The notes under the pieces are model-generated. The model searched no databases, had not been told where the DNA came from, and saw only the letters and a list, made by a program, of their open reading frames with translations. A DNA stretch of 64,000 bases from the NCBI GenBank assembly GCA_977018835.1, contig OZ361261.1, positions 1,054,001 through 1,118,000 on the forward strand, read 5' to 3'. A program made the position numbers and the translations under genes. Each line of letters opens with the position of its first letter. The first letter of the stretch is position 1. Origin of the DNA: Minutocellus sp. GHC0000111 (lineage: Eukaryota). Shown piece by piece: positions 34,437 to 46,924 of this stretch.

Positions 34437-37028
34437 CTAATCCATCGGGATGATGGACAATAAGACCAATACACCAGCGAAGGTGGAGAGCAGAACCCTC
34501 GAGAAATCGATGTCGTCGACTTCGTTCCTACACGGAATCTCGCTCTCGCTTTGGAAGAAGGTCATGAACGCAAAATAAAATAGGAGGAGATCCGACGAGA
34601 AAATTCCCTGGAAAAAGAGAGCAATCAGCGCAAAGAATCCCGCAGCTTGGCTGCCGCTGCGACCAAAGAGTGCGAGCGCCACGCGTCCGCCATCGGTCCT
34701 TCCAAAGGGAACAAGATTAATTGCATTGACTATAAGGCCGAAGAAACCGGCAATCGCAAATGGATGAAGAGAAATGCTGACATCTGCCAGTGCTGCAGTA
34801 CCAGCAGCAGATGCTGGCACAGACAGCATTCCATCTCCAAGAACATATTCAATGATACCCCCGCCCAGTGCGCTTTGTCTTAGTACAACAAGTGGCAAGG
34901 CTGGGAGCTGCGCATACGATGCCGAATCGAGCGTAGCTGTAATTCGACACCCCACAAACAGCAATGCACATGAAGCGACAATTCCTGCTAGGGGTCCAAC
35001 AATGGCTAAATCGAACAGATCCTGCTTGTTCTTGGGAGATTTTTTCAACGCAGTGATGCTACTGGTGACGCCGGTGACCAGAGAGGGGACGAGTGTCGGG
35101 AACGTGATCTCCATCTTCTTGGAAGACGCCACAGCCCAATGAGCAGCTTCGTGTACAATCTGAGTTCCCATGAAAGCCGTGAACAATGGGATCGCCATGT
35201 CAGTGAGAAAGTTCAAGTCATACTCCATGCCAGCGTTGGCAAGATTCAGCTGCTCTTCTGATGATTTGAGCAGACTGGGATTGAGTAGGAAGGGGTAGAG
35301 CGAATTGTACCATGCGGTGCCAATCGCTAAACTCGTAACTCCTGCAAGGACAAAACGATTTCCTTCGCGCGCAATATCTGTGCTGGTAACATACAGAACT
35401 GGCGGTCTTTCGCCGATCATTAGTTGGTCCTCAGTCACAGGGGTAGGATCCGCAACAAAATGCACCAAAAGCTGTTCTCGGACACGAGACTTCTCGAGAG
35501 CATCGTCAATAGCATCGATCAATTCTTGACCGGTCTCGTATTCACTGGTTCCTCGAATGATATAACCACCTGGCACTTCCTCCGGCTTTCCCGATGGACT
35601 AAATCGCTTGATTTTAGTCATCACATCTGCCATCAAAATGTTAGCCTGCGCTTGAGACGGCACCGTACCCTCCTTGCGCGTGGATTTTGGATAAAGGGAT
35701 TCCATCATCCTCTCAAGTTCCGATTTCCCTTCCACCTCACCGAACAAAGTGCTGCCCGATGTCGTTTTGTCACTTCCGCCAGTCGGCTTGTTCGTCGGAC
35801 TCAGAGTTGGTCCCTCTCTTGCATTTTCGGACCCTTCTTCCATTGCTCTCATCAGCTGTCTCTTCATATTATCACTCTCGTAGTCAGTTTGCAGCATTTG
35901 GAGAGCAATGGCCGTGTCGTTCTTGGCGTCTTTACCATACAGATTCTTGACAAATTGTGGAACATTCTCTAGCTCTTTCACTTTGGCATCGATTTGCTCC
36001 TGCGAAAAGTTGGGGGCATTACCCTGATTTCGCTCTGCCACACTCTTTTCGATATCCAAATACTTGAGTTCATCCTCATGAAGCTTAACAACCAGAGCCG
36101 TCGCATTTACCTCGCTTACATCCATGAAATCGATGCCTGCCGTCCGTGCGACAATCTCTCTCATAAACTTTGGCGCCTGCTCGTACTTTTGTACTCTCTC
36201 CTGCAATTCATTCGCTGGGAGTGGTTCGTAGGATTTCTTCTCGGGTTCCAACACTGCCGTGGCGGTGACAAGGGAACTCCTGTCCGCAGATGCCCTATCA
36301 CTCTTTTCTGCATCAGCGACAGTCTCCAACTCACTCTCCGCGTTCTTTACTGGTCGCGGTGCCGGTACCGGCGCAATCTCTTCGCCATTCAACTTTCGCT
36401 TCAAGCTGTCAATGTCCCGTCGTATTTGTGCAGCTCTGTCAGCATCTTTCTCCACGGCCTTGCTGCCCAATTCCTTCTCTAGTTTGGCAATCTTCTCCAA
36501 GAACAACACCGCCTCCATCTTCTCTGCCTCTAATCGCGTACGTTCGGCGGCAGCACGAAGCTGCTCGGCCTGCTCTTGTGGACTGAGCGGTTTGGGTGGG
36601 GGTGGGGGCGGAGGTACCACAGGCTTTGGAGCAGGCGGAGGGACAACTACAGGAGCAGGGGCGGTGGTCTCGACCACCGGGGCAGCAAAAGAAGGCTCGG
36701 CAGTAGCCTGCAATGGCTCTGCCGAATCCACCGGTACGACTTCAGGTGTTTGCTCCTGTGCAAAGAACGGCGTTTCGCCATCGGCATCGCCCATCACATC
36801 AGCATCACCGTCTTCGCCATCCTTTTTGTCACGACGAAATATTTTACGAAAGAGATTGGCCTCGACGGTGCTCTCTCGGGTGCTTCGGAATGATGATAAA
36901 TCATTATTAGAAGTGCATTGCCGCGGCGTTTGTCCTGATAAACCTCCTATCGGACTGAACGCCGAAGCTACGGATAAATAAGTGATGGCAAGATACGCCA
37001 GTGACGATGTTACCTTCGTCGGCCTCAT
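34437..37028 (-). CDS. EGY-like M50 metalloprotease, paralogue 3, plastid-targeted, intronless
   Basis: VASAFSP signal; HEAAH, LFDLAIVGP, LHPFAIAGF, NAINLVPFGRTDGG, EIPCRNEVDD. Confidence 0.92.
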   Translation of the reverse strand: MRPTKVTSSLAYLAITYLSVASAFSPIGGLSGQTPRQCTSNNDLSSFRSTRESTVEANLFRKIFRRDKKDGEDGDADVMGDADGETPFFAQEQTPEVVPVDSAEPLQATAEPSFAAPVVETTAPAPVVVPPPAPKPVVPPPPPPPKPLSPQEQAEQLRAAAERTRLEAEKMEAVLFLEKIAKLEKELGSKAVEKDADRAAQIRRDIDSLKRKLNGEEIAPVPAPRPVKNAESELETVADAEKSDRASADRSSLVTATAVLEPEKKSYEPLPANELQERVQKYEQAPKFMREIVARTAGIDFMDVSEVNATALVVKLHEDELKYLDIEKSVAERNQGNAPNFSQEQIDAKVKELENVPQFVKNLYGKDAKNDTAIALQMLQTDYESDNMKRQLMRAMEEGSENAREGPTLSPTNKPTGGSDKTTSGSTLFGEVEGKSELERMMESLYPKSTRKEGTVPSQAQANILMADVMTKIKRFSPSGKPEEVPGGYIIRGTSEYETGQELIDAIDDALEKSRVREQLLVHFVADPTPVTEDQLMIGERPPVLYVTSTDIAREGNRFVLAGVTSLAIGTAWYNSLYPFLLNPSLLKSSEEQLNLANAGMEYDLNFLTDMAIPLFTAFMGTQIVHEAAHWAVASSKKMEITFPTLVPSLVTGVTSSITALKKSPKNKQDLFDLAIVGPLAGIVASCALLFVGCRITATLDSASYAQLPALPLVVLRQSALGGGIIEYVLGDGMLSVPASAAGTAALADVSISLHPFAIAGFFGLIVNAINLVPFGRTDGGRVALALFGRSGSQAAGFFALIALFFQGIFSSDLLLFYFAFMTFFQSESEIPCRNEVDDIDFSRVLLSTFAGVLVLLSIIPMD

Positions 37029-37592
37029 CTCTTTTGAGCAGGGTAAAAACGATCCGATGATATGTTCCGATGTCACAACCACCTCGCACAAAAGAGCAAA
37101 TGCCTGAACAAGTTCTCGCGCCGAGTGTTGATGTGGTCCTTATTGCGGCATAAGCAGCAGATACCGCCTTCTTCAACTAACTGACGAAGGTGCGATTGAC
37201 TTGCGCCGTTCGCCAATGGGTTATGAGGCACATTTCATCTGTGGACCGTTTGATCAAAAGTTTTTTTGGACTTGCTGCTGCAGCTGGCCTTCTTCTGCAT
37301 CGCTGGCTCTACAGTTGCAAATGCACGCCCTCCTAGATCTACATGTATCCCGCTACATACATGTACTGGCATGTATGCGTATAGAAAATCCAGTCACAAG
37401 ATTCTAGCTACGTAGCTAGATCTACTGTTGTTATCAACTAAAATCTAAATCTGTACAAACAAAACCCAACGAACCTTCACCAGAATTCAAGCTTACAATG
37501 TATATAGCCAGCAGAGACCTCATTTTTCTCCTGCTGCGCGCATCCCTCAAATGCATGTACCAGTAGGTCTCCATCTCGAGCTAGATGCATAG

Positions 37593-39392
37593 CTAGAGAA
37601 TGAGATTCTCGAGAGTTTCTCTTGCCAACATTGTGAATAATATTGAAAGAGATAAAACGACGCAGAGAATGATAAAGACCACGTTGATCGAAGCCACCTG
37701 TGTGACATAGCCGGACATTAGTGGGAACACAATCCTTGCAGCACTACCAGCCGAAGCGAACCAACCCAAAAGAGTTCCCTGGGGTCTCCTCCCAACAATT
37801 TTGGAGAACAGACCAATGACGGCTGTGTGACCTATCGGATAGGCTATACTGTACATAAGAATCATTGCGAGCCAATATCTCCACGTTGGATTGTCACCAT
37901 CATCACCTTCTTCAAGTCCCAAAAGACTTGCGACGCTGATTACCATCACAACCATACCACCGACAATCATCTGTATATCAGTCATTATCTTTGCAAGTCT
38001 TCCCATCGATAGCAATGCAACTACTCCAAGTGTGCCACAAGTACCAACAATCGACCCAGCAACGCTCGACTCCAATCCAAAATGAGATGCAGCGAAGGCA
38101 ACTCCTAGAGTCTCAAAGGATGCAATGGAACCCTTGGTGGACACATTCATTAGCAAGCAACCCAAAATGCAGGCGTCATAGACGGTAATTCCAATAGAAG
38201 TTGTTCTCATGGCAAAATCATCAATGGACTGTTGCTTCTTTGACTTCCGCTTTCCAGAATCATTTCGTAATCTCGTCCGATCTCGGAAGAAGATCGCAAT
38301 CAGCACTAAGTTGATGATACATAACAATCCCATGAAATAGGCAGGGGCAGTGTACTCATTCAGAACGAATATGCTACGTGTATGAAAGGAGAAAAGGGGA
38401 CTTTCAATAAGAGTGATGCACAGATAAAGAAGGAAGCAGAAAAACAAAAAATCGAGCAATCTTGAGCCAAAAGAACAGACAACAATGACTTACCCAGCGT
38501 AGATGCCTCTGCCTTCTTGACTAAAGAATCGATAAAAGCCAGCACCGATTATGGGGGTAACTGTAAAACCAGCATATTGCACTGCAGTTAGCCAAGCCAT
38601 GTAAGTTGTACGATTGCGAGTAGGCGTGACATCAGCGACGAAGGCTCTCGTTACACCAAGTGTGCCGCTGCCAACACCTAAAATCATCTGGGCGAATACA
38701 AGGAACTCCGCTCGGCCGATGTTGACCACCTGCGCATAGAGCAGGGTGCCCACCAAAATAATACTAACACTGAGAGCCAATGTTCGGGAATAGCCATATC
38801 TATGACTCCACGATCCAAAGACTGGCGAGACCAGTATCCGTCCAAAAGAAAATGCTGCAACCGCATAGCCCAACGTCACACTGTTCCCACCCACCGATTC
38901 CACCAGCGGCCAGAGGGTGGGGAACATACACCCGCGACTCATGTCACCAATCAACACAACGAGGCAAACCACATAAAACCCAATAGGATCCGATATGCAG
39001 TCGGCAGTCAGGACCGAGGACAAGATTGATGGGTCGGCATATGTCTGCTGTTCCCCATGCTGGTCTCCACCTGCCGCTCCCACCCCCCCGATGCGATGAT
39101 GTTCATCGGCCCGCGCCTTATCAAGAGCGATGCTGTCAAAGTGGACCATGCCACCGGCATGCTGCGGCGATCGAGCGCTCCCGCCCGTGTTGGCGGCGGA
39201 ATATTCGAGAGTGCTGCTGGGACTGCCGCCAATGCTGCCAATAACGTTCATGTTTGGGCGGCCATCCTCCATCTGAACGTAGCTGGTGGCTGGATCAGCA
39301 GCATCACTGGGAGATGAGAGTAGATCGGGAGGGTTCACATGTGCCGCGTTCCTCCCCGGGGTATAGGTGCTGCTGCTATTGCCTTCCATCAT
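37593..39392 (-). CDS. Major facilitator superfamily transporter (MFSD8-like); intron 38374-38493
   Basis: About 12 hydrophobic segments; FSFGRILVSPVFGSWSHRYG (motif A-like), VTRAFVADVT, QGTLLGWFASAGSAARIVFP; splice joins YAG|IFVLNEYTAP. Confidence 0.9.
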
Positions 39393-39781
39393 CGTCGCCG
39401 AAAGAAATCGACAGGTCAGCACAAAAGAAGAAAGAACGTTTTTTGGTGCTTTCTTGACGACTCAAAGCTTCTGTTCCAAACAAAAGGAAATGATACGGAG
39501 CGGCCCAGTTCAGCCTTAACAGACTATGTCCCACTGTGGTACTTTGTGATCAGCGGGAGACGGCTCGATGCTTGCCTTCTGCTGCAATGGCTGCAATAGA
39601 AGAGTAACTGTGCTTCCAAACGATCCAAAAAGTTGCGTTTGCGTTTTCGCGTTCGCGCGTCAGCTTTGGGTTGCTTGGCTCCGGGTGGCTCTTCCGCGTT
39701 TAGAATTTGACTCGCTCGATTACTCCCACGCCACAAAACCAACCAAATCCAACACAATTTTTCTCTCAAAGAAGAACGAAG

Positions 39782-40379
39782 ATGTCGTCCGACCAGGAAC
39801 CACGCCGCCGCCGCGGGCATCGGCCCGCTGGTCCACGCCGGTGCAGCCACGGCGCAGACCAAGTCGCTGCGCCGCTACCGGAAGCGGCAGGAGCAGCGTT
39901 TCGCGCACAAGGCATCGGCTCTCCGACAGTACAAGAAGGCCATGAAGAAGGAGGGATACGAGGCTGGGAGAGGTGCCGGCCGGAAGAGATATCGCGATGG
40001 CCTAGAGGATGACGACGAAAGTGATGGTGAGGGCAAGCGATATGGTGTCGCTGCTGCTACTGATCGCGATGCCGATGTCATTTCCGATGATGAAGAAGGA
40101 GGTAGCGGGAACAGAGACACCACTCAAAAGAACAAGAAACGAAGGAAGAAGATTGATCCCATGGCAGATATTCGCCGCAAGGCCGAGGAGAAGCGCGAAG
40201 AGCGATCCAGAATGGCCGAGGAGCGCGAGCAGAAGAAGAAGACCGATGCCGCCAAGGAACGCCAGAGGAAGAAGAACTTCCGGACCAAGCAGAAGCGGAC
40301 GCGGAAGGGTCAGCCAATCATGGGCGATATGATCAAGGGCATGCTGGAGAAGCTGCAAAAGGATGCGGTCATTAATTGA
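39782..40379 (+). CDS. Basic nucleolar rRNA-processing protein, Fyv7/TAP26-like; frameshift near 39820
   Basis: C-terminal KRTRKGQPIMGDMIKGMLEKLQ signature; frame extends upstream as KSLRRYRKRQEQRFAHKASALRQYKKAM; the likely ATG (39782) is in another frame. Confidence 0.65.
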
Positions 40380-41093
40380 TTGTTTTTTTCTGTCCTGGGC
40401 ACGGAAATTTTGCGTGGCTTGTCTGGCGTAGTATTTTGGTCATTGGTTTGGTAGTTTAGAAGTTGCGACGAAAAGCCAGGAAGCCATGGAACAACAACCA
40501 AAACAATGAAAAGTTCTCGCCAATACATGTTCCATCATGGCTTGCTTGGGTAGGTTCCAGTGTCATTCATTAATGAAAACCAACCTTATGAACTTCATGA
40601 AATACTTTCCTCTGAGTGTTTGGTAAATCTGTTTCATCTGTTTTATCCTCCAGTCAGTCAAAGAAGGTTGTAGTAGAACAAGGGATGCCCAAAAATTCGC
40701 ACAGAAGCATAAAATGTTTCGACATTTATCGCCTCAAAACATGGCAAATCATTAAAGCGTCATCGATAATACATATTTGTTGGCACACGCACCATAATTT
40801 CGGTTATTAGAACGTGTAGAGCAAAATAAATTTGCCTCCTCTCTTCACTGATTGTTGTTCTCCTTGTCCTTTTAGTCGAGTAAGTCAATAGCAATACTCA
40901 ATACTAGTACACGTCCGTCCGTCGCCGTCATCACGGAAAATCTTGGCTGGGTTTTTCCAGATTTTCATCATGCTCCTTCGCTCATTTATTGGAATCGACC
41001 CGCGTGGTTTGTCCTCCATCGCCTTCTTTCATATCAACCGACCCATTTGCGGCGGCCCCAATCTCTCAACACTCGAAATAAAATTTAGCAACC

Positions 41094-44000
41094 ATGCCCT
41101 CCTCCGGAAAAGGAAAGGGCAGCAATAATAAAATCGCGGACAAGGTGAGCGAGCGGCCGAGGGCCACGATTTGCTTTGGTGTCCCAAAATTTGCCCGCCA
41201 ACAATGCGGTCCCGTAGAATTTGTACCAGGTTCTACGTGGCGGATTTTTGCGCCGTCCGTCCCGATCCCAGCCAAGGACCCTCCGGTAGGGGCGGTCGTT
41301 ATGCCATGGCTAGGAACCTCCGAGGAACACCGCCAACCATATCATGCCTTTGTGTATGATTGAATGCACATCTTGTGTGGTTTGGTTGGGCCGGCGAAGC
41401 TCCTTGACACATCTTCCCAACCGGATAAAGAAGCGGAAGTTCTTCGTGTCATTTTGTGTCATTTTCCAAATCGATGGACTGGAGCCACGCTTTTGGGATC
41501 GACGGCATGGGACCCATAGTTGAAGCGATGCATATGCAACCATATGTTTGCAATCTCCTAATATCATAGTGTCTCACTCTTGTGTTTGTTCTCTCAACTT
41601 CTTTCTCAATCGTGTTCTCTGTGTCCCTGAACGAAATCTCCTCCGTCCTGTCGACCGACCTCCACGACGCACAAAATGAATTGCAATTGATTTTGATCTG
41701 CCTGTGGCCTATGAATGCATGGAATGATATCGACGATCCCCGATTGATCCATCCATCCATCAGTTCCGAGATGCCTGTCCCGAGCACAAGCGGAAGGATC
41801 TGGACGCGCTCGTAAAGTCCCTCAAGGGGGACGAGGACGCCATCCAGGCCGCCATCATCGAGTGGTGGAATGAGCCCCAGCAAGTCGAGCCCGAGTGGGA
41901 GGTGAAAGAGAAGAAGCCGAAGAAGGACAAGGCGCCCGCGCAGTCCTCCGGACGGCGCGGCAGCAGCGACCGCGACGGTCGCGGCGATCGTCGCGACCGC
42001 CGGGACGACCGACGCGGCGGCGGCGGCGGCGGTGGACGTGGAGGCGGACGGGCCGGAGATCGCGACCGAGGTGGACGTGGCGGAGGCCGCGACGACCGTC
42101 GCAGCGGAGGACGGGGAGGAGGAGCTACTGCTGCTCCTCGTCCGGCTCCGGCTGCCCCGGCTGCTCCCGCGGCCCCGGCCCCTGTGGTGCCGAAGCAGCC
42201 CCAGAATGGCGGTCCGGCCCCGGTAACCAGCGCTCCTCGGCGTACGGGAGCCTGGGGCAAGCCTGCTCCTCCTCCGGCTCCGACGGCTCCTGGAGCCGCG
42301 GCTGCCAAGGCGGCGGCTGCTCCAGCTGCTCCCGCCGCCCAGCCCAAGGCCGCGGCGGCTCCTGCTGCACCCGCTCAGCCCGCTGCCCCGGAACCGGAGA
42401 AGCCGGCCGTGGGAGTTGTCACCGATCACGACCCCACACCGTCGGGTACCACCCCCTCCAAGGCCGCGGTTCCCAAGCCCGCGACCGGGGGCAATGTCTG
42501 GGCCACCAAGGGTTCGGCCGCCATCTTCAATGCCGCCAAGCCTAAGCCCAAGCCCGTTCCCGTTGCTCCTCAAGATTCCATCAAGTCCAAGGCTCCGGAA
42601 CCCGCCGTCGAGGAAACCAAGGAGGAGATGCCTGCGGTACCCCCGTCCCCGGTCGCTCCGTCCGCCGACGCTTCGGCGGCCCAGGAGGTAGGACTCCCGG
42701 CCTCGGTCGCTGGCGCCAACATCAATGCCGCCGGATGGACTCCGTCCGCCGACGCGCCCGTTGCCCAGCCTTCTCCCGTCGTCGGTCCTGCCGATACCGG
42801 CTCCGTTGCCAGCGCCAAGATCCCTCCCTCCCCCAAGCTCCCTCCCGCCGGTGCTCCTCCTCGTGCCCCTGCCGCTCAGCAGAAGCCCGCCAACGTTCTC
42901 AACCTTGGCCAGTGGGACACCAACGATGGTGACGAGAACCAGAGCATCGACTTTGCCTTTGGCTCGTTCGGACAGACCGAGGGTGGCGACGATGCGACTA
43001 CGGCCAGCAAGGCTTCCGCCCCGGCCGCTACCGAGGCCCTCCCCTCCAAGATTACCAAGGCCGAGGCTCCCGCCACCGCCGGCGTTTCTCCTACCCGCCC
43101 TCCTCCCGGACTTGGCGGTATGATGCCCCCCATGCCCACGGAGGGCGTTGTCAATGTTCAAGACCTCGAGGGCAAGCTCGACTCCTCCTCCCTCGCCCCC
43201 AAGACCGAGGCTGCCCCCGCCCCGGCCGCTCCCAAGACCGAGGCCGAGGCCGCCCCGGCTCAGCCCCAGCAGCAGATCCCCCAGGGATACGGTGCCCCCG
43301 CCTACGGAGGTATGGGCATGTACGGTGCCGCCAACGGCATGGGCTTCGGCGCTCCTCTCGGCCAGCAGCCCCAGGCCGCTCCCAGCTCCGGTGGTGCTCC
43401 CGGCCTTACCGCTGGCGCCGGCATCTACGGTGCCCCCGCCGCTGCCGGTGGTGCTCCCGCCGACAACAAGGACCAGCAGGGTGCCCAGCAGGGACAGCAG
43501 CAGGGCGGCCAGCCCGGTGGCGTCCCCCCTGCCCCCGGCATGCAGCAGGGAATGGGCATGTACGGAATGCCCCCCATGTGGAACCAGAACCCCTACGGCC
43601 AGCCCCACGTTGGCCAGGGATACGGCTACGGCGGATACCAGCAGGGCATGTACGGCCAGCAGTTCCAGGCTCCCGGCTTCGGCGGATACGGACAGCCCTA
43701 CCAGCAGCAGGGTGACGACCAGCACCACCACGGCGGCCACAACAACCAGGGTGGACGCGGCGGCTACCGCGGAAACCGTGGCCGCAACAACCACGGTGGT
43801 TACCACAACCAGAACCAGTACAACCAGCAGCAGTATGGTTACCAGCAGCCCAATATGTGTAAGTTTTGTGATTGTTGAAAGGCCATTGAGTCGTCGTTTA
43901 ATTGTGCTTGAATTTCTTTTCTCTCTTTTTCGTCTACCATAGTAACATTTTCTTCTACAACTCTCTCTTGCATGAATATAATAATCAATACTGGAAACAG

Positions 44001-44305
44001 ACGGCGGCGGTCCTTCTTACGGAGGCTACGGCGGCGGAATGGATGGTACGCAGCAGCAGGGTGGCTACAGCAATGACGGCCAGGGCGGCAAGAAGGGTGG
44101 CTACGGCGGCAACCGTGGCGGCGACTTCGGTGGCAACCAGCAGTTCGGTGGCAACCAGCAGTTCAGCGGCAACCAGTTCCAGCAGGGTGCTCCCCAGCAG
44201 GGAGGCCAGCCTCAGCAGGGCCAGCAGGGTGGCCAGCAGAACTTCGGCGACTCCAACACCGGAAATGCTCCCAATGCCTCCACCTGGAGCAACCAGGGAT
44301 GGTAG
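41094..44305 (+). CDS. UBAP2/Lingerer/GIP1-like protein: CUE/UBA-like N-terminus, RGG, Pro/Ala linker, FGSF motif, Q/G/Y prion-like tail; introns 41145-41763 and 43859-44000
   Basis: Splicing gives MPSSGKGKGSNNKIADK|FRDACPEHKRKDLDALVKSLKGDEDAIQAAIIEWW and PNM|YGGGPSY; strong C-ending codon bias; IDFAFGSF; family assignment is inference. Confidence 0.75.
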
Positions 44306-44711
44306 ATGGTCGTGCACCGTGTGGGCGGAGGAATGCTCCCTTTTCTCCGACCAACTGGTGGCTACTTGATCTACTTTTGGTTCGTCAGAATATCTCTCTT
44401 TTCGTTCTCCTTTTTGCACTCCGGAATGTAATGAGTTGGAAGAAATCTTGGGCGAATTAAAACTAAATTGCTACTGAATGCATATTTCATCCGTGTTGAT
44501 AGCGTATTTATTGCATTGTATTAGCTTTGTCTTTTTTGCAGATCGAATTTGGATCTGTATGCATGCACAGTGAAATGTCGTCTATCTCTAATATGTACGA
44601 ACTCATAAGTCTGCCTCACATGCGCCTCGAGCAACACGAAGGTGTCGCATCCACCCCATGATTATTAGCTCCAATAACATCTCAGTTTCGCCCTAATAGT
44701 ATATCGTAGCT

Positions 44712-46720
44712 TTAGAGAACAGTGGCGGAAGCACGATACCACTCATTGTTGCCAAGGCCACGTACATTCCAGGCATGGGCGCAGCTTTCGGGCTGGTGAT
44801 TGAAGGCAAAATCAACTGCCTTCGAGGCAAGCTCGATCTTACCATCCTCTCCAATGACGGCGGGAACATCGCATTTCCAGAACACCCACGCCCATGCTCG
44901 CCCAAACTTTTGGTCTCCACCCTCGGTAATCTCGGCAGTGCTCCAAGTCTTACCTCCATCACCAGTCACATCGACGCGGACGACATTGCGGCCACCACCG
45001 GCCCATGCCCAACCCTTGGCCTTTGCCATGACTTTATCCCCGCGTTTCAGGGGGGCATCTTCGCCCAAATCGGAGGGGCCAACTTCGGTAATTCCTGAGT
45101 ACAGACTGGCCTCCATCATGGAGGGCATCTTGGTCAGATCGACCGTTCCTGCATCCCTCACCGCTGGCGGCAACATCTTGTAATTCAATCCGCGCTGCCA
45201 AGGTCCCTCGGCCTCTTCCTTGGATAGCTCAATGCGGTTCACCCACTTTACGTTGCGAACGGCACTGTAGCCAGGAACTACCATCCTCAAGGGGAATCCG
45301 TGATCTCTTGGAATGGGCTCGCCATTCATCTCATACGCTAGAATGGCATCTCCGTAAGGATTGCACGCTTTTTCGATCCCAATGGAAGCGGACATACCAT
45401 CCAAACTTTCGAAACGCACGTGTTCGTAGCCTTCTTCTTCGGCCTTGATGGGATCGTCAAGTCCAGCTAGCTTGAGAATATCCTTGAGACGGACGCCGCC
45501 CCATTTGGCCGTGGATATCGCACCCTGGCCCCAGGCAGTACCGCTCGTGCGATCCCCAGCCTCATTGAAGCCACCGCGACGATTGCCAGAGCATTGCAAA
45601 GTCGTGGTGATCTCCACCTTGTCCATCTTTTTGAGATCCTCCAGAGACAGCTCCAATGTGCCCTTCCCGTACGCCGACAGATCAATATCAACGGTGTAGT
45701 TGCGCACCTCCTCCTCGTCGAGAAGGGGCACCGGATGATGATGACGAATGTAGAACAATTCCGCTGGTGTGATGTAACTCGAAGTGATGATATCGGCCGG
45801 AACTTCGGCATTCATGGGCTGCTCGGAGTGCACCTTGAGACGAGGATGACGAGTGGGTTCCCTCTCATACGGATCCTCTTCCTTCTCGGTCTCCTTCTCC
45901 ATCTGATCGTCAATGGCGGCCTGATCACGCTCGTCGAGTCGTCCCACAATCATCTTCTCGAGCATCCTCATGGGCAGGTCGGACGCAAAGTGCTGACGGT
46001 AAAGATACCACCACGGTTCCAGTGCCTATTTTTGATTTGTTGGTTATTGAATTAAAACAGATGTATACATGTGAAATTTGTGAGCACAACAAACATTTCA
46101 ATGGAACACATTCCAAATAAATGAGCACAAAAAATTGCACCATGTGAAAGTGAGCAACTCACACCACCACTGGCGAGCAATATCTTCTCCGATCCGCCGG
46201 GATGATTGGCAATGAATCCCGTAACGTCGTAGACCACTCCGCCGTACGACATCCAGATTGGCCGTCCGTCCGACCCATCGTTCTTGGCCACCTGCGACGA
46301 GCGGTACACCGGCAGTTCCTCCAGCGACGGGGCCTCGTCGCATATATTGTCGGTGCCTGCCTTGGCCGGCATTGGGTGCGCTCCGGGATGCGGTTCGGCA
46401 ATGTTCGCCGGGTGCGCATCGTCATGTGCCTCGGTCTGGGCCGTAGAAGTGGAGGAGGACAGAAACATCCCCCCCGACGTCGCCATCAACGCCATGGCAG
46501 TGGCCGCGGCCGTCCTGTATGCCGACGTCGATTCCGTTGATGGATGAGAAGTTCCTCCGAAAAATGCTGACGACGTTTGAGAAGAAGAATAGTAGGTCCC
46601 GATTGCCGCCGCAGCCGACCGATGGTTGTGAGGCCAGCTCGTGGCGGGGGCGAGACGGCCGGGAAGTCGGCCCCGCAGGGAGGTGGTGGTGCTCCGAAGA
46701 GCTGCCGAGGGGATCACCAT
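44712..46720 (-). CDS. SUOX: Sulfite oxidase (cytochrome b5 + Moco + dimerisation domains); intron 46026-46162
   Basis: b5 VYDVTGFIANHPGG; FYIRHH, TLQCSGNRR (Mo-ligating Cys), AYEMNGEPIPRDHGFPLR, RNVKWV, WNVRGLGNN; mitochondrial-like presequence. Confidence 0.93.
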
Positions 46721-46924
46721 GGTCGAACTGACCTACGCGCTTCCAGTGAGCAGAAGCAATGCAATGAGAACAAAAAAGATGTGCGATGACGGATGATTTT
46801 TTGGCCGAAGATTTTCCGTCGGGTGCGCAATCAGGCTCTTTTGGGAAAGTCATCGTGACGTACCAGAAAGGCGCTTCTTACCTTGTGCTCGATAGCGATA
46901 TAGGCCTATAGGCCTATAGGCCTA

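Noticed and set aside
40480..40545. Imperfect inverted repeat AAGCCATGGAACA / TGTTCCATCATGGCTT
   Set aside because: Short and gapped, with no TSD or second copy in the window
41449..43806. 785-aa antisense ORF (and similar ones at 27793-28719, 4916-5803, 23051-24058, 56245-57836, 61529-62392)
   Set aside because: Mirror frames of GC-rich, codon-biased genes; no motifs of their own
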